A stretch of 32,000 nucleotides of DNA, from positions 1,056,629-1,088,628 of the forward strand of contig NC_000909.1 in assembly GCF_000091665.1 (NCBI RefSeq), in the 5' to 3' direction. Shown here piece after piece: positions 9,948 to 19,621 of the stretch; within the stretch, counting starts at the first letter, position 1; the number at the start of each line of letters is the position of its first letter. Below the pieces are notes generated by a model that was given only the letters and a program-made list of their open reading frames with translations, did no database searches and was not told the origin of the DNA. The DNA comes from Methanocaldococcus jannaschii DSM 2661 (GTDB lineage Archaea > AGJL01 > Methanococci > Methanococcales > Methanocaldococcaceae). The position numbers were made by a program, and so were the translations under genes.

Positions 9948-10053
9948 AGTTGTTTTTGCAAAGTTATTAAAATTAATTAAGGAAATTTGAACATCCTAAA
10001 AGCATTCATTTATGCCTTTTTTTATTACAAAATTTTTTACAAGAAACTATGAG
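9945..10053. repeat. Palindromic intergenic element, copy F
   Basis: catagtt (9945-9951)/aactatg (10047-10053); interior ...tttttgcaaagttattaaaattaattaaggaaa... matches the left arm of reverse-complemented copy D, and tttattacaaaa.tttttaca matches copy C. Confidence 0.6.
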
Positions 10054-10303
10054 CTTATTAAAAATTTATTAATGAGATAAACTATTGTAACAATTGCAAT
10101 ATATATTGAATATTTTAGTCTTCAATAACTTCGAAACCATATTTCTTAAACGCTTGTTTATAAAGATGAGTCTTTTATAAATTGACTTAGACTCTATTTT
10201 CTTTTTTAATAAGGACAAGATTTATATATTGAATTTCCATAATATATTTTAACAATTTAAAATTTAAAAATTAAATGGGGGAGATAGAATTAAAAGAAGG
10301 GCA

Positions 10304-11512
10304 TTGTTAATTTTAAGAAAAGACAGTAAATTTGATAGAAAAAGTATAGAGGAGCTTAAAGAATTAGCTGAAGTTCTCTATAACCCAGTAAAAACAATAG
10401 TTCAAATTAGAAAAGCTGACCCAAAGTATCAAATTGGTAGTGGATTAGTTGAAAGAATCGCTGAAAATATTAAAGAGGAGAATATAGAGATTGTTATAGT
10501 TGGAAATATCTTAACTCCTTCACAAAAATACAACTTAGCTAAGAAATTTAAAGTTGAAGTTATTGATAAGATTGAGCTTGTTTTAAGGATATTCTATAAG
10601 CATGCAAGAACTAAAGAAGCTCAATTGCAGGTTAGATTGGCAGAATTGCAGTATGAGTTACCAAGGGCAAGGGAGAAAGTAAGATTAGCAAAGATGGGGG
10701 AACAGCCGGGATTTGGAGGATATGGGGATTATGAAGTTGAAAAATACTACCAAAAGGTAAAAAGGGAGATAGCAACAATAAAAAGAAAATTAGAAAAGCT
10801 CAGGGAGCATAGAAGGGTAGCAAGGAAAGGAAGGGCTAAATTTGATACTGTTGGTTTAATTGGTTATACAAACGCAGGAAAAACCAGCTTATTAAATGCA
10901 TTAACTGGAGAGAACAAAGAATCAAAAAATCAGGTTTTTACAACATTAACTACAACAACAAGGGCTATAAAAGGTATTAAGAGAAAGATATTGGTTACCG
11001 ATACAGTTGGATTTATTGATGATTTGCCCCCATTTATGATTGAGGCATTCTTATCAACAATTGAAGAGAGTGCAGACAGCGATTTGATATTAATTGTTGT
11101 AGATGCGTCCGATGATATTGAAGAAATTAAAAGAAAATTAAAGGTAAATCATGAAATTTTAAGTAAAATTAATTGCAAAGCCCCAATAATAACTGTATTT
11201 AACAAAGTAGATAAGATTACAAAGGAAAAAAAGAGAAAAATTTTAGAAGAGTTAGATAGATACATAGTGAATCCAATATTTGTCTCTGCAAAATACGACA
11301 TAAATATGGATTTACTTAAGGAGATGATTATAGAGCATCTCAATCTCTCCATCGGAACTATTGAGACAGACAATCCAAGGCTTATATCCTATTTGTATGA
11401 GAACACTGAGATTATTGAAGATATCTTAGAAGATAACAAGCATATAATAACATTCAGAGCAAAAGAAAGAGATGTAAATAGGATTTTAAAGCTGCATAAA
11501 TCTGCAGTATAA
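10304..11512 (+). CDS. hflX: HflX-family GTPase
   Basis: GLIGYTNAGKTSLLNALTG (G1), DTVGFIDDLPPFMIEAFLSTIEES (G3), NKVD (G4); N-terminal HflX domain with GYGDYEVEKYY..IKRKLEKL. Starts with TTG. Confidence 0.92.
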   Translation: MLILRKDSKFDRKSIEELKELAEVLYNPVKTIVQIRKADPKYQIGSGLVERIAENIKEENIEIVIVGNILTPSQKYNLAKKFKVEVIDKIELVLRIFYKHARTKEAQLQVRLAELQYELPRAREKVRLAKMGEQPGFGGYGDYEVEKYYQKVKREIATIKRKLEKLREHRRVARKGRAKFDTVGLIGYTNAGKTSLLNALTGENKESKNQVFTTLTTTTRAIKGIKRKILVTDTVGFIDDLPPFMIEAFLSTIEESADSDLILIVVDASDDIEEIKRKLKVNHEILSKINCKAPIITVFNKVDKITKEKKRKILEELDRYIVNPIFVSAKYDINMDLLKEMIIEHLNLSIGTIETDNPRLISYLYENTEIIEDILEDNKHIITFRAKERDVNRILKLHKSAV

Positions 11513-11572
11513 ATTTAGTGAAATACGCTCAGAGGTATAATTAGAAAAATTTAAATTAAATCTGGTGAAAAT

Positions 11573-12415
11573 ATGGATGTTCTAAAAAGTCTGCCTGTTA
11601 CTGACAATCATATACATGTTGATGACAAACACGGCTATGGAGCTGAAAAGGTAGCTAAAACATTCTATAACGCTGGAGGAAAGGTAATGATAGTTTTAAA
11701 TAAACCAACATTTGATGGAAACCTAACAGCATCAATGGACATCTTAGTTAGAGATGTTGAGATAATAAACAAAAACACACCAGTTAAAGCTTTTGGATTA
11801 GTTGGAGTTCATCCAGCTGAGCTAACATACTTGATGAAATTTATGAGCTTGGAGGAGGCAAAACAAAGAATTGTTGATGCCTTAAATTATGCAAAAAAGC
11901 TTGTTGAGGAGTATGATTTTATTGTAGGAATTGGTGAAGTTGGAAGACCTCACTATCCTGTAAGTGAAGATGTTTGGAAAGCATCAAATGAGATTTTAAA
12001 ATATTGTATGGAATTGGCAAAAGATATTGGTTGTGCAATCCAAATTCATGCTGAGAGTTCAACAGAAGAGCAGTTTAAAGAGTTTTCTGAAATGGCTAAA
12101 GAGGTTGGATTGAATCCAGAAAAGGTCGTTAAGCATCATTGTGGGAATATGGTTTTGGAGGGAGAGAGATATGGTATTTTTCCTTCAATTTTAGCATCAA
12201 GAGTAAATGAAGACGTTGTTAAAAAATCTTTAAGGTTTGTTATGGAAACTGACTATATTGATGATTTAAAAAGGCCAGGAGTTGCCTTAGGAATAAAAAC
12301 AGTCCCAAGAGTTACAAGGAGATTGATTGAGAAGGGAGTTTTGGATGAAGAGGGTGTTTATAAAATCCATAAGGAGAATATAGAGAGGATTTATGATATG
12401 GATTTAGAATTGTAA
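11573..12415 (+). CDS. TatD-related metal-dependent hydrolase
   Basis: TDNHIHVDD, GLVGVHPAE, GIGEVGRP, IQIHAES, KHHCGN: TIM-barrel amidohydrolase metal ligands. Confidence 0.78.
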   Translation: MDVLKSLPVTDNHIHVDDKHGYGAEKVAKTFYNAGGKVMIVLNKPTFDGNLTASMDILVRDVEIINKNTPVKAFGLVGVHPAELTYLMKFMSLEEAKQRIVDALNYAKKLVEEYDFIVGIGEVGRPHYPVSEDVWKASNEILKYCMELAKDIGCAIQIHAESSTEEQFKEFSEMAKEVGLNPEKVVKHHCGNMVLEGERYGIFPSILASRVNEDVVKKSLRFVMETDYIDDLKRPGVALGIKTVPRVTRRLIEKGVLDEEGVYKIHKENIERIYDMDLEL

Positions 12416-13342
12416 CTATTCTCTCCATTTTTTGTAGTATTTTAGGTATATCTCATCTCCTGTTTTATTGTAAAGCCATAGCATCTGCAGTCTATGTAGA
12501 TGTTCATAATGTTTATTGCATCTATGACCTAAAGCATCGTAATAACTCCAATCTCCAGCATCATACATTGGAAGAAATGTTTTTATTGATTTTAAACCTT
12601 CTTTGTAAAGGTATAGAGCATCAGCGTTCCCTGTTTTGTTTCCAAAGTCTCCAATCCATAGAGTGGCTGTGATAAACCCATTTAGCACATAGGGTGGATT
12701 TTCAGATGCATACTCTGGAAACCAATAGTAGCTTTTATTTTTATAGATTCTGATTTTTAATAACCCTCCTTTTTCAACAGGAACTTTGAAGGCATTTATG
12801 GCTAAATTTGCATAATTTAAATACCTCTCATCTCCAGTAGCTTCATAAGCTAAATATAAGGTCTTTAAGCAGCCTGCTTGGCATAATGCTCCTCTCCAAC
12901 CCTTAGATAGATTATAAAGTGGGAATTCAAAATTATACCTCCAAACAATAAAAGTGATGTTCTTTTCATCTACTTCAGCAGTTTCTTTATCTGCTTGAGA
13001 TATTAGATACTCTGTTAAAAATAGTCCTCTTTTTAAATATCTCTCAGCCTCTTTAGGATTTTTATCTTTTAACTTAAAATATTTATAGAAACATTTTCTT
13101 GCCTCTTCATTGACATTGTGGGGAGTTATCTGATAACCAATATACTTTCCACATATCGTGCCATAGTAAGTAACTGGCATATTTACATTTTCAACTGTAA
13201 AAGGTTTTGGATTTTTGAAATATTGGATAACTGGATTTTCAGAATATAAAGGTTGAGATGCTCCAACAAAATATCCGAAAACAAAGATTAAAACGGCTAT
13301 AAATAAAAAAAGAATAATTTCAAATTTCTTCATAAGAATCAC
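12416..13342 (-). CDS. Membrane-anchored D-glucuronyl C5-epimerase C-terminal-like (alpha/alpha toroid) protein
   Basis: N-terminal hydrophobic anchor; WRGALCQAGCLKTLYLAYEATGDERYL, FPEYASENPPYVLNGFITATLWIGDFG, YDAGDWSYYD, HRLQMLWLYNKTGDEIYLKY. Confidence 0.65.
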   Translation of the reverse strand: MILMKKFEIILFLFIAVLIFVFGYFVGASQPLYSENPVIQYFKNPKPFTVENVNMPVTYYGTICGKYIGYQITPHNVNEEARKCFYKYFKLKDKNPKEAERYLKRGLFLTEYLISQADKETAEVDEKNITFIVWRYNFEFPLYNLSKGWRGALCQAGCLKTLYLAYEATGDERYLNYANLAINAFKVPVEKGGLLKIRIYKNKSYYWFPEYASENPPYVLNGFITATLWIGDFGNKTGNADALYLYKEGLKSIKTFLPMYDAGDWSYYDALGHRCNKHYEHLHRLQMLWLYNKTGDEIYLKYYKKWRE

Positions 13343-13344
13343 TT

Positions 13345-13632
13345 TTATTCTTTCTCTTTAAGCATCTCATTAATGTCCTTCTCCATTACATGCCCTTCTA
13401 CAGTAACCTCAACTTTTTTAACACCTTCCAATGATTTAACTGCTTCCTTTGCCTGAAAAGCCATTGCCATAACACTCATACAGTAAGGGTTTGTAGGAAT
13501 GAGCTTAAATTTTACATTACCCTCATCATCAACCTCCACATCTCTAATTAATCCCATATCTACAATGCTTATTCCCATGTGCGGGTCTGCAACTGTTTTT
13601 AGGGCATTTAAAACATCTTCCTTTGTTACCAT
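13345..13632 (-). CDS. MIP18/DUF59 family iron-sulfur assembly protein
   Basis: VTKEDVLNALKTVADPHMGISIVDMGLIRDVEVD...LIPTNPYCM. Confidence 0.85.
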   Translation of the reverse strand: MVTKEDVLNALKTVADPHMGISIVDMGLIRDVEVDDEGNVKFKLIPTNPYCMSVMAMAFQAKEAVKSLEGVKKVEVTVEGHVMEKDINEMLKEKE

Positions 13633-13757
13633 ATCTTACACCTCAGAAGAGATTTTAAATAATTTTTTAGTATTTGCTCATTATATAAATACTTCTATTT
13701 TTACATTTTTTTTACTCATAAGTGGAAAAATCATACCACTTAAAAAATTTTAAATAT

Positions 13758-15377
13758 TTACTCTACATATCTTGCTCTTCTTTCAACATCCTTCATTAAC
13801 TCCAGTATAATCTCCCACCTATCATAAACACTTTTATAACCCTCTAAAAATCTCTCCCAGATTTCATCAAACTTTTCATGATGAGTTGATAACACAGCCT
13901 TTTTAAAGACGATTAAATCAACTGCCTTATCTTCATCAAGATTTGAAATCTTTCCTAAACCAAAATCAATGATATATAAATCTTTATCAAATATAAAGTT
14001 GGATGTAGTTAAGTCATTATGAATTACATCGTTTTTATGCAGTTTTCCAACGATTTCTCCAATTTTGTATGCAATATCTAAATTATCCTCAATAACATCC
14101 TTAGCTAACTTTCCGTTGATATAACTCATCATAATTCTCTTGTTATCTAAATCAACATCAAATATGTATGGAGCTGGGATACCAAAATCTTTAACCAATG
14201 CTAAATACCTTGCCTCTCTTGCAGTTCTACTCTTTCTTATATTTTCATCTAATCTCTCATCCCTATAGCCTTTTTTAACTCTCTCCTTAATAATTACATC
14301 AAAATCTAAATAGCTATCTCTCTTAATATCTGCCTCTGCCCCCTTACCAATTAAATGTTCTGGAATCTTTCTCTTCTTGCCTTTAATTTCTTTTATCCAA
14401 TTAACTTCAACCATATCAGTCCTATAATTTGGAATTATCTTTGTTTCATCCAAACTCATCCATCTTCCATTTTTATGCATCAATAAACCAAGCCATGCAA
14501 TCATAGCTCCATTGTCTCCACAAAACTCCTTAGGAGGGACGTAAAAATCAACATTCTGACCCTCACACATAGCTTTGAGCATCTCTCTCAATCTGTTATT
14601 TGCCGCTACTCCACCAACGAGCATGACCTCTCCTTTATTTGTGTGAGCTAAAGCCCTTTCTGTAATCTCAGTTAGCATTGAGAAGGCATATTCTTGTAGG
14701 GAGTAGCAGATATCTTCCAATCTCTCTCCAGCATCATAAGCTCTCATAGCCGCTGTTAGCAATCCAGAGAATGCTATATCCATGCCTTTAACAGTGTAAG
14801 GTAAATCAACAAGCTTTTTCCCTTTCCTTGCCAATTCCTCTATATAAGGCCCCCCGGGATGTGGCAAATTCACATATCTTGCAAACTGGTCTAAGCAGTT
14901 ACCAACAGCTATATCTAACGTCTCTCCAAATACCCTATATTTTTTTGAGACATAAGCTATAACTTGGGTGTTTCCACCACTAACATATAGAGTTAGAGGG
15001 TCTTCTGCCTCTGTAGTTAGCTTACCAATCTCTATATGGGCAATGCAATGATTAACCCCAATTATTGGTTTTTTTAATGTTAAAGATAAAGTTCTTGCTA
15101 CGGTTGCAGTTACCCTCAAACTCGGCCCTAATCCCGGCCCTTGGGAGAATGCAATTAAATCAATCTCATTTTTATCAACTACTTCAAAAGCCTCTTTTAT
15201 AAGCTTAGGAAATGTTTCAGCATGATGGTCAGCAGCCTCTCTTGGATTAATACCCTGTTTTGGGGGTTTATACATGATAGTTTTATTAAATAAAACCTCT
15301 CCATCAGAGGTAACAATCCCTACCCCAGTTTTTTCTGCAGTTCCTTCTAATCCTAAGCAAATCATATTATCACTCAA
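13758..15377 (-). CDS. kae1-bud32: Kae1-Bud32 fusion (tRNA t6A synthesis/KEOPS: Kae1 ATPase plus Bud32 kinase)
   Basis: [51 protein letters not shown]; C-terminal [37 protein letters not shown]. Confidence 0.96.
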   Translation of the reverse strand: MSDNMICLGLEGTAEKTGVGIVTSDGEVLFNKTIMYKPPKQGINPREAADHHAETFPKLIKEAFEVVDKNEIDLIAFSQGPGLGPSLRVTATVARTLSLTLKKPIIGVNHCIAHIEIGKLTTEAEDPLTLYVSGGNTQVIAYVSKKYRVFGETLDIAVGNCLDQFARYVNLPHPGGPYIEELARKGKKLVDLPYTVKGMDIAFSGLLTAAMRAYDAGERLEDICYSLQEYAFSMLTEITERALAHTNKGEVMLVGGVAANNRLREMLKAMCEGQNVDFYVPPKEFCGDNGAMIAWLGLLMHKNGRWMSLDETKIIPNYRTDMVEVNWIKEIKGKKRKIPEHLIGKGAEADIKRDSYLDFDVIIKERVKKGYRDERLDENIRKSRTAREARYLALVKDFGIPAPYIFDVDLDNKRIMMSYINGKLAKDVIEDNLDIAYKIGEIVGKLHKNDVIHNDLTTSNFIFDKDLYIIDFGLGKISNLDEDKAVDLIVFKKAVLSTHHEKFDEIWERFLEGYKSVYDRWEIILELMKDVERRARYVE

Positions 15378-15462
15378 TTATACTATTATAATATTTAAAT
15401 TGCCAAAATAGTTAAATAGTTAATGTCAATATAATAAACTAAAAAAGTTTAAAAAAGTTTTT

Positions 15463-16395
15463 TTATTCAAATTCAATTGTAGCTGGTGGCTTATCAGTTA
15501 TATCAAACACTACTCTTGCAACATTTGGAATTTCTGATGTAATTCTTTTACTAATCCTCTTCAACAAATCAAAAGGAATCTCTGGAACGTGTGCTGTCAT
15601 AGCATCCAATGATTTAACCATTCTTAAGGCGACAATCCAGTTGTATTCCCTTTCATCTCCCTTAACTCCAGTTGCTTTACAGTCCAAAACAACGGCAAAG
15701 TATTGCCATAAATCTTTATCTAAGTTGGCTTTTTTAACTTCTTCCTCAACTATTGCATTTGCCTCTCTGCAGATGTTTAGCTTTTCTTCTGTAACCTCCC
15801 CTAAAACTCTAACAGCTAATCCTGGCCCTGGGAATGGTTGTCTATAGACGATGCTATCTGGTAGCCCTAATTCTTTTGCCAACAATCTAACTTCATCTTT
15901 ATAAAGCTCTCTCAATGGTTCAACAACCTCTAAAACCATTCCGTGAGGTAGGGCAACGTTATGATGGCTCTTTATCTTCCCTTGTGTTTCAATCCAATCT
16001 GGGGCTATAGTCCCTTGCACTAAAACCTCTGCCTTTATATCTTCAGCAATCTCCTCAAAGACATCAATAAATAACTTTCCAATAATCTTTCTCTTCTCCT
16101 CTGGGTCTGTAACTCCTTTTAGGGCATTTAAAAATCTATCCTTTGCATCTACAACAATTAAGTTTAATCCCAACTTGTCTCTAAAAGTTTTTTCAACTTC
16201 TTCCCTCTCTCCCTTTCTCATCAATCCAGTATCAACAAAAACAGCTGTTAATTTATCTCCAATTGCTTTGTGGGTTAAGACGGCAGCGACGGAGCTATCT
16301 ACCCCTCCACTTAAGGCAATTATTGCTTTTCTGTCACTAATTTGCTGTTTTATTTCTTCTACTGCCTCATCAATAAATTTTTTTGGGTCAAACAT
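15463..16395 (-). CDS. guaAb: GMP synthase (glutamine-hydrolysing) subunit B
   Basis: [24 protein letters not shown]-loop; [10 protein letters not shown]; [16 protein letters not shown]; [12 protein letters not shown]-terminus. Confidence 0.95.
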   Translation of the reverse strand: MFDPKKFIDEAVEEIKQQISDRKAIIALSGGVDSSVAAVLTHKAIGDKLTAVFVDTGLMRKGEREEVEKTFRDKLGLNLIVVDAKDRFLNALKGVTDPEEKRKIIGKLFIDVFEEIAEDIKAEVLVQGTIAPDWIETQGKIKSHHNVALPHGMVLEVVEPLRELYKDEVRLLAKELGLPDSIVYRQPFPGPGLAVRVLGEVTEEKLNICREANAIVEEEVKKANLDKDLWQYFAVVLDCKATGVKGDEREYNWIVALRMVKSLDAMTAHVPEIPFDLLKRISKRITSEIPNVARVVFDITDKPPATIEFE

Positions 16396-16413
16396 AAAAA
16401 TATCACCTTTAAA

Positions 16414-16770
16414 TTATTCTTCCTTTTCAGCACTTTCACCGTTATTTTCATTTTCTTCTAATATAATAATGTTTTTCTTACAACTGTTTAAATGTTTAAA
16501 AGCGTTTTCTTCAAGTTTTTTGGCTAAGTTTTTGGGGACATTATCCATATTATTGGCTAAGTAACTGGCAACACAAGCAGATAACAGTAATATCGCTGCT
16601 TTTTGTTCGCTTTTAAGTCGATGAATGTGATGGGGCCTAATGTCTAACATCTCATAAATTTTAAATAATTTTTTACATTCATTGTCAGTATTTTCTAAAT
16701 TATCATCCATAATTTCTTTTACAACATAAACAAAAAATTGATGAAGTTTCATTAACTGCTCTTTGTGCAT
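16414..16770 (-). CDS. UPF0058 family protein
   Basis: MHKEQLMKLHQFFVYVVKEI...IRPHHIHRLKSEQKAAILLLSACVASYLA. Confidence 0.8.
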   Translation of the reverse strand: MHKEQLMKLHQFFVYVVKEIMDDNLENTDNECKKLFKIYEMLDIRPHHIHRLKSEQKAAILLLSACVASYLANNMDNVPKNLAKKLEENAFKHLNSCKKNIIILEENENNGESAEKEE

Positions 16771-16831
16771 GTTATCACTTTAAATATTAAGCAAAGAATA
16801 AGATTAATATTAAAATTGGCTAAGAAATATA

Positions 16832-16941
16832 TATAGTTTTTTGCAAAACATTTTAGGATAAAAAGGTATTTATGAACGCCTTCCTTTTGGAAGGCGTTTA
16901 AACTTTCCTTAATAAATTTTATTACTTTGCAAAAAACTATA
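16832..16941. repeat. Palindromic intergenic element, copy D
   Basis: Perfect 16-bp terminal inverted repeat tatagttttttgcaaa (16832-16847)/tttgcaaaaaactata (16926-16941); perfect 10-bp central stem aacgccttcc (16875-16884)/ggaaggcgtt (16889-16898). Confidence 0.85.
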
Positions 16942-16958
16942 AAAACTTTGGTGGTATC

Positions 16959-18224
16959 ATGAGAGAAATCATTAATAAACTTAATCCCATTATAATAGAC
17001 AAAGCCGATAAAAAGTTTGGAGTTTCAAGAATATTAAAAAAATATGATGGAAAACCAGTTTATATAAAAGATGTAAATGGATTTGAAGTTGTTGGAAATC
17101 TTTGCAGTAGGGAAACCCTTTCAAAGATTTTTAATGTTAAAAAGGAGGATTTTATATTCTTTATGCTTGATGCAATGGAAAAGGAAAAAGAAGGAAAATT
17201 AAAGATAAACAATAAATTGAAAGAGAAATATATTGTTGAAATCCCAGAGAATATTAAAAACTGGCCAATTCCAATATACTACGAGAAGGATGCGGGAGCT
17301 TATATAACAAGTGGGGTTGTTGTTGTCTATGATAAAGATTACGGCTATAACTTATCAATTCATAGAATTTTGGTTAAAGATGATTATTTAGTTATAAGAA
17401 TGGTTGAACAAAGGCATTTACACTTTTTATATAATAAAGCTCTAAAGGAAAAGGGATATTTGGATGTTGCTATAGTTATAGGAGTTCATCCAGCTGTTTT
17501 GTTGGCTGGCTCTACCTCTGCTGATATAACATTTGATGAGCTAAAATTTGCAGCTGCTTTGTTGGGAGGAGAGATAGGGGTTTTTGAGTTGGATAATGGC
17601 TTGTTAGTTCCAGAGGCAGAGTTTATCATTGAGGGTAAGATATTGCCAGAGGTTGATGATGAGGGGCCTTTTGTAGATATAACTGGAACTTATGATATTG
17701 TTAGAAAGCAGCCAATAATTAAGATTGAGAAACTTTATAGGAAGGAAAAACCTATATTCCACGCTTTATTACCGGGAGGGATTGAACATAAAACATTGAT
17801 GGGAATGCCTCAAGAGCCAAGAATTTTGAAGGGAGTTAGAAATACCGTTCCGACAGTAAAAAATATTGTTTTAACTGAGGGAGGTTGTTGCTGGCTTCAT
17901 GCTGTTGTTCAGATAGAGAAGAGGACAGAAGGAGATGGGAAAAATGCTATATTGGCAGCATTTGCTTCCCATCCAAGTTTGAAGCATGTGATTGTAGTTG
18001 ATGATGACATAAATATATTTGATATAAATGATGTTGAGTATGCAATAGCCACAAGGGTTCAAGGAGATAAAGATATAGTTATTATTTCTGGAGCCAAAGG
18101 TTCTTCTTTAGATCCTTCGAGTGATTTAAAAAATAAACTAACAGCAAAAGTGGGGGTAGATGCAACTATGAGTTTGATTAAAGGTAGAGAGCATTTTGAG
18201 AGAGCCAAGATTCCTGATAAATGA
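16959..18224 (+). CDS. ubiD: UbiD family decarboxylase
   Basis: EVVGNLCSRETLSKIF, GVHPAVLLAGSTS, EVDDEGPFVDITGTYD, GGIEHKTLMGMPQEPRI. Confidence 0.92.
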   Translation: MREIINKLNPIIIDKADKKFGVSRILKKYDGKPVYIKDVNGFEVVGNLCSRETLSKIFNVKKEDFIFFMLDAMEKEKEGKLKINNKLKEKYIVEIPENIKNWPIPIYYEKDAGAYITSGVVVVYDKDYGYNLSIHRILVKDDYLVIRMVEQRHLHFLYNKALKEKGYLDVAIVIGVHPAVLLAGSTSADITFDELKFAAALLGGEIGVFELDNGLLVPEAEFIIEGKILPEVDDEGPFVDITGTYDIVRKQPIIKIEKLYRKEKPIFHALLPGGIEHKTLMGMPQEPRILKGVRNTVPTVKNIVLTEGGCCWLHAVVQIEKRTEGDGKNAILAAFASHPSLKHVIVVDDDINIFDINDVEYAIATRVQGDKDIVIISGAKGSSLDPSSDLKNKLTAKVGVDATMSLIKGREHFERAKIPDK

Positions 18225-18246
18225 GTTGAAGGTAAAAAGGAATGAT

Positions 18247-18927
18247 TTAAAAAGATTTAAGTTTAATTATCAACTCTCCAAACAATTTTTCTTGAATCAA
18301 CTCTGCCTTTCCATCATTAGCTAAGTATAAAGAAGGGATAAAGTATCTAACCCTATCCTCTCTTGTTTTAAACTTTTCCTGATAAACTATAATTCCCTCT
18401 TTCATCAAATCATCTAACAACTCAGCTATTATATCGGAGATATCATCCTCTTCTATAAGCTCCTCTATAATTTCTTCAACCTCATTTGTCTTTTTCTCTC
18501 TATTCTTTCTGGATTTTTTAACCTTATTTAGCTCTTTTTCAATTGTTTTAATTAATTCATCAACAGTAACTGGTTTTTTACTTTTTTTATTTTTATCTTT
18601 ATCTTCTTTTTCTTTCTTTTTGCCTTTTTTAGGTTTCTCTTCTATATCATCATAATCATAATAATCATCGCAATAATCATAATCCTCTTCTTCCTCAACC
18701 TTACATTCGTCATATAAAGCTTCAGATTTCATTCTCAACAATATACCAGCAACAAGAATAACATCGGCAGATAATCGAATATCAAACTTCTTAAGCTCTT
18801 TAATCTTTTGTATATAGTAATCGGCAATTTCAGCAATATTAACATCCCAAGGATTTAGATTTTTCTTTTCAATCCCTTCTTTAATCATCCTAACCCAAAG
18901 AACAATGTCAAAGTTAGAATCAATCAT
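18247..18927 (-). CDS. scpA: Segregation and condensation protein A (kleisin ScpA)
   Basis: MIKEGIEKKNLNPWDVNIAEIADYYIQKI...ADVILVAGILLRMKSEAL; C-terminal winged helix; acidic/basic low-complexity linker. Confidence 0.85.
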   Translation of the reverse strand: MIDSNFDIVLWVRMIKEGIEKKNLNPWDVNIAEIADYYIQKIKELKKFDIRLSADVILVAGILLRMKSEALYDECKVEEEEDYDYCDDYYDYDDIEEKPKKGKKKEKEDKDKNKKSKKPVTVDELIKTIEKELNKVKKSRKNREKKTNEVEEIIEELIEEDDISDIIAELLDDLMKEGIIVYQEKFKTREDRVRYFIPSLYLANDGKAELIQEKLFGELIIKLKSF

Positions 18928-18945
18928 TGCAATCCCCTAAATAAA

Positions 18946-19404
18946 CTATTTCTTTATCTTTTCAACAACCCTAATCCCAAAAATCTCAGCAGTTTTGTAC
19001 TGCCCATCCTCATCCTTTTCAGCAGATTTAACCATATCCCAAATTGTTAATAAAGCTATAGAGACACCAGTTAAAGCTTCCATCTCAATTCCTGTCTTAT
19101 AAGTAGTTTTTACTGAGCAGATTGCCTTTATCTTATCTTCAAATACCTCAAAATCAACATTAACTGAAGTTATTGGTAGAGGATGGCACATTGGAATTAG
19201 CTCATAAGTTTTTTTAACTGCCAAGATTCCAGCTATTTGTGCAGTTGTTAAGACATTTCCCTTTTTAATTTTTTGTTCTTTTATTAATTTAATTGTTTCT
19301 GGTTTTAATTTTATGTATCCTTCAGCAACACATATTCTCTCAACATCTTCTTTTTTAGAAATATCAACCATCTTAACGCCTTTATCATCAACATGAGTTA
19401 GCAT
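18946..19404 (-). CDS. moaC: Cyclic pyranopterin monophosphate synthase (molybdenum cofactor)
   Basis: MVDISKK...[28 protein letters not shown]...[25 protein letters not shown]. Confidence 0.95.
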
Positions 19405-19475
19405 TTAATCACCACTACTTTATTAAACCAAATACTACAATTATACAATAACATTATAATCATTGCCGAATAAAC

Positions 19476-19575
19476 TATATAGAACTTTCGCAGGAATAAA
19501 ATGTTTTATTGAATATTGATGCCTAAAGGCATCCAAATACCTTTTTAAAAATATAAGTTGCGAAAGTTCTATATA
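19476..19575. repeat. Palindromic intergenic element, copy A
   Basis: Perfect 17-bp inverted repeat tatatagaactttcgca (19476-19492)/tgcgaaagttctatata (19559-19575); central gatgcc(taaa)ggcatc (19518-19533). Confidence 0.85.
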
Positions 19576-19621
19576 TAAATCATTTTTATAAATATATTCA
19601 TATATGTAAGTTTAAAGTTTA

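Noticed and set aside
15641-16564. Plus-strand ORFs opposite guaAb and the UPF0058 gene
   Set aside because: Antisense to conserved CDS, Ser/Phe-rich shadow translations.
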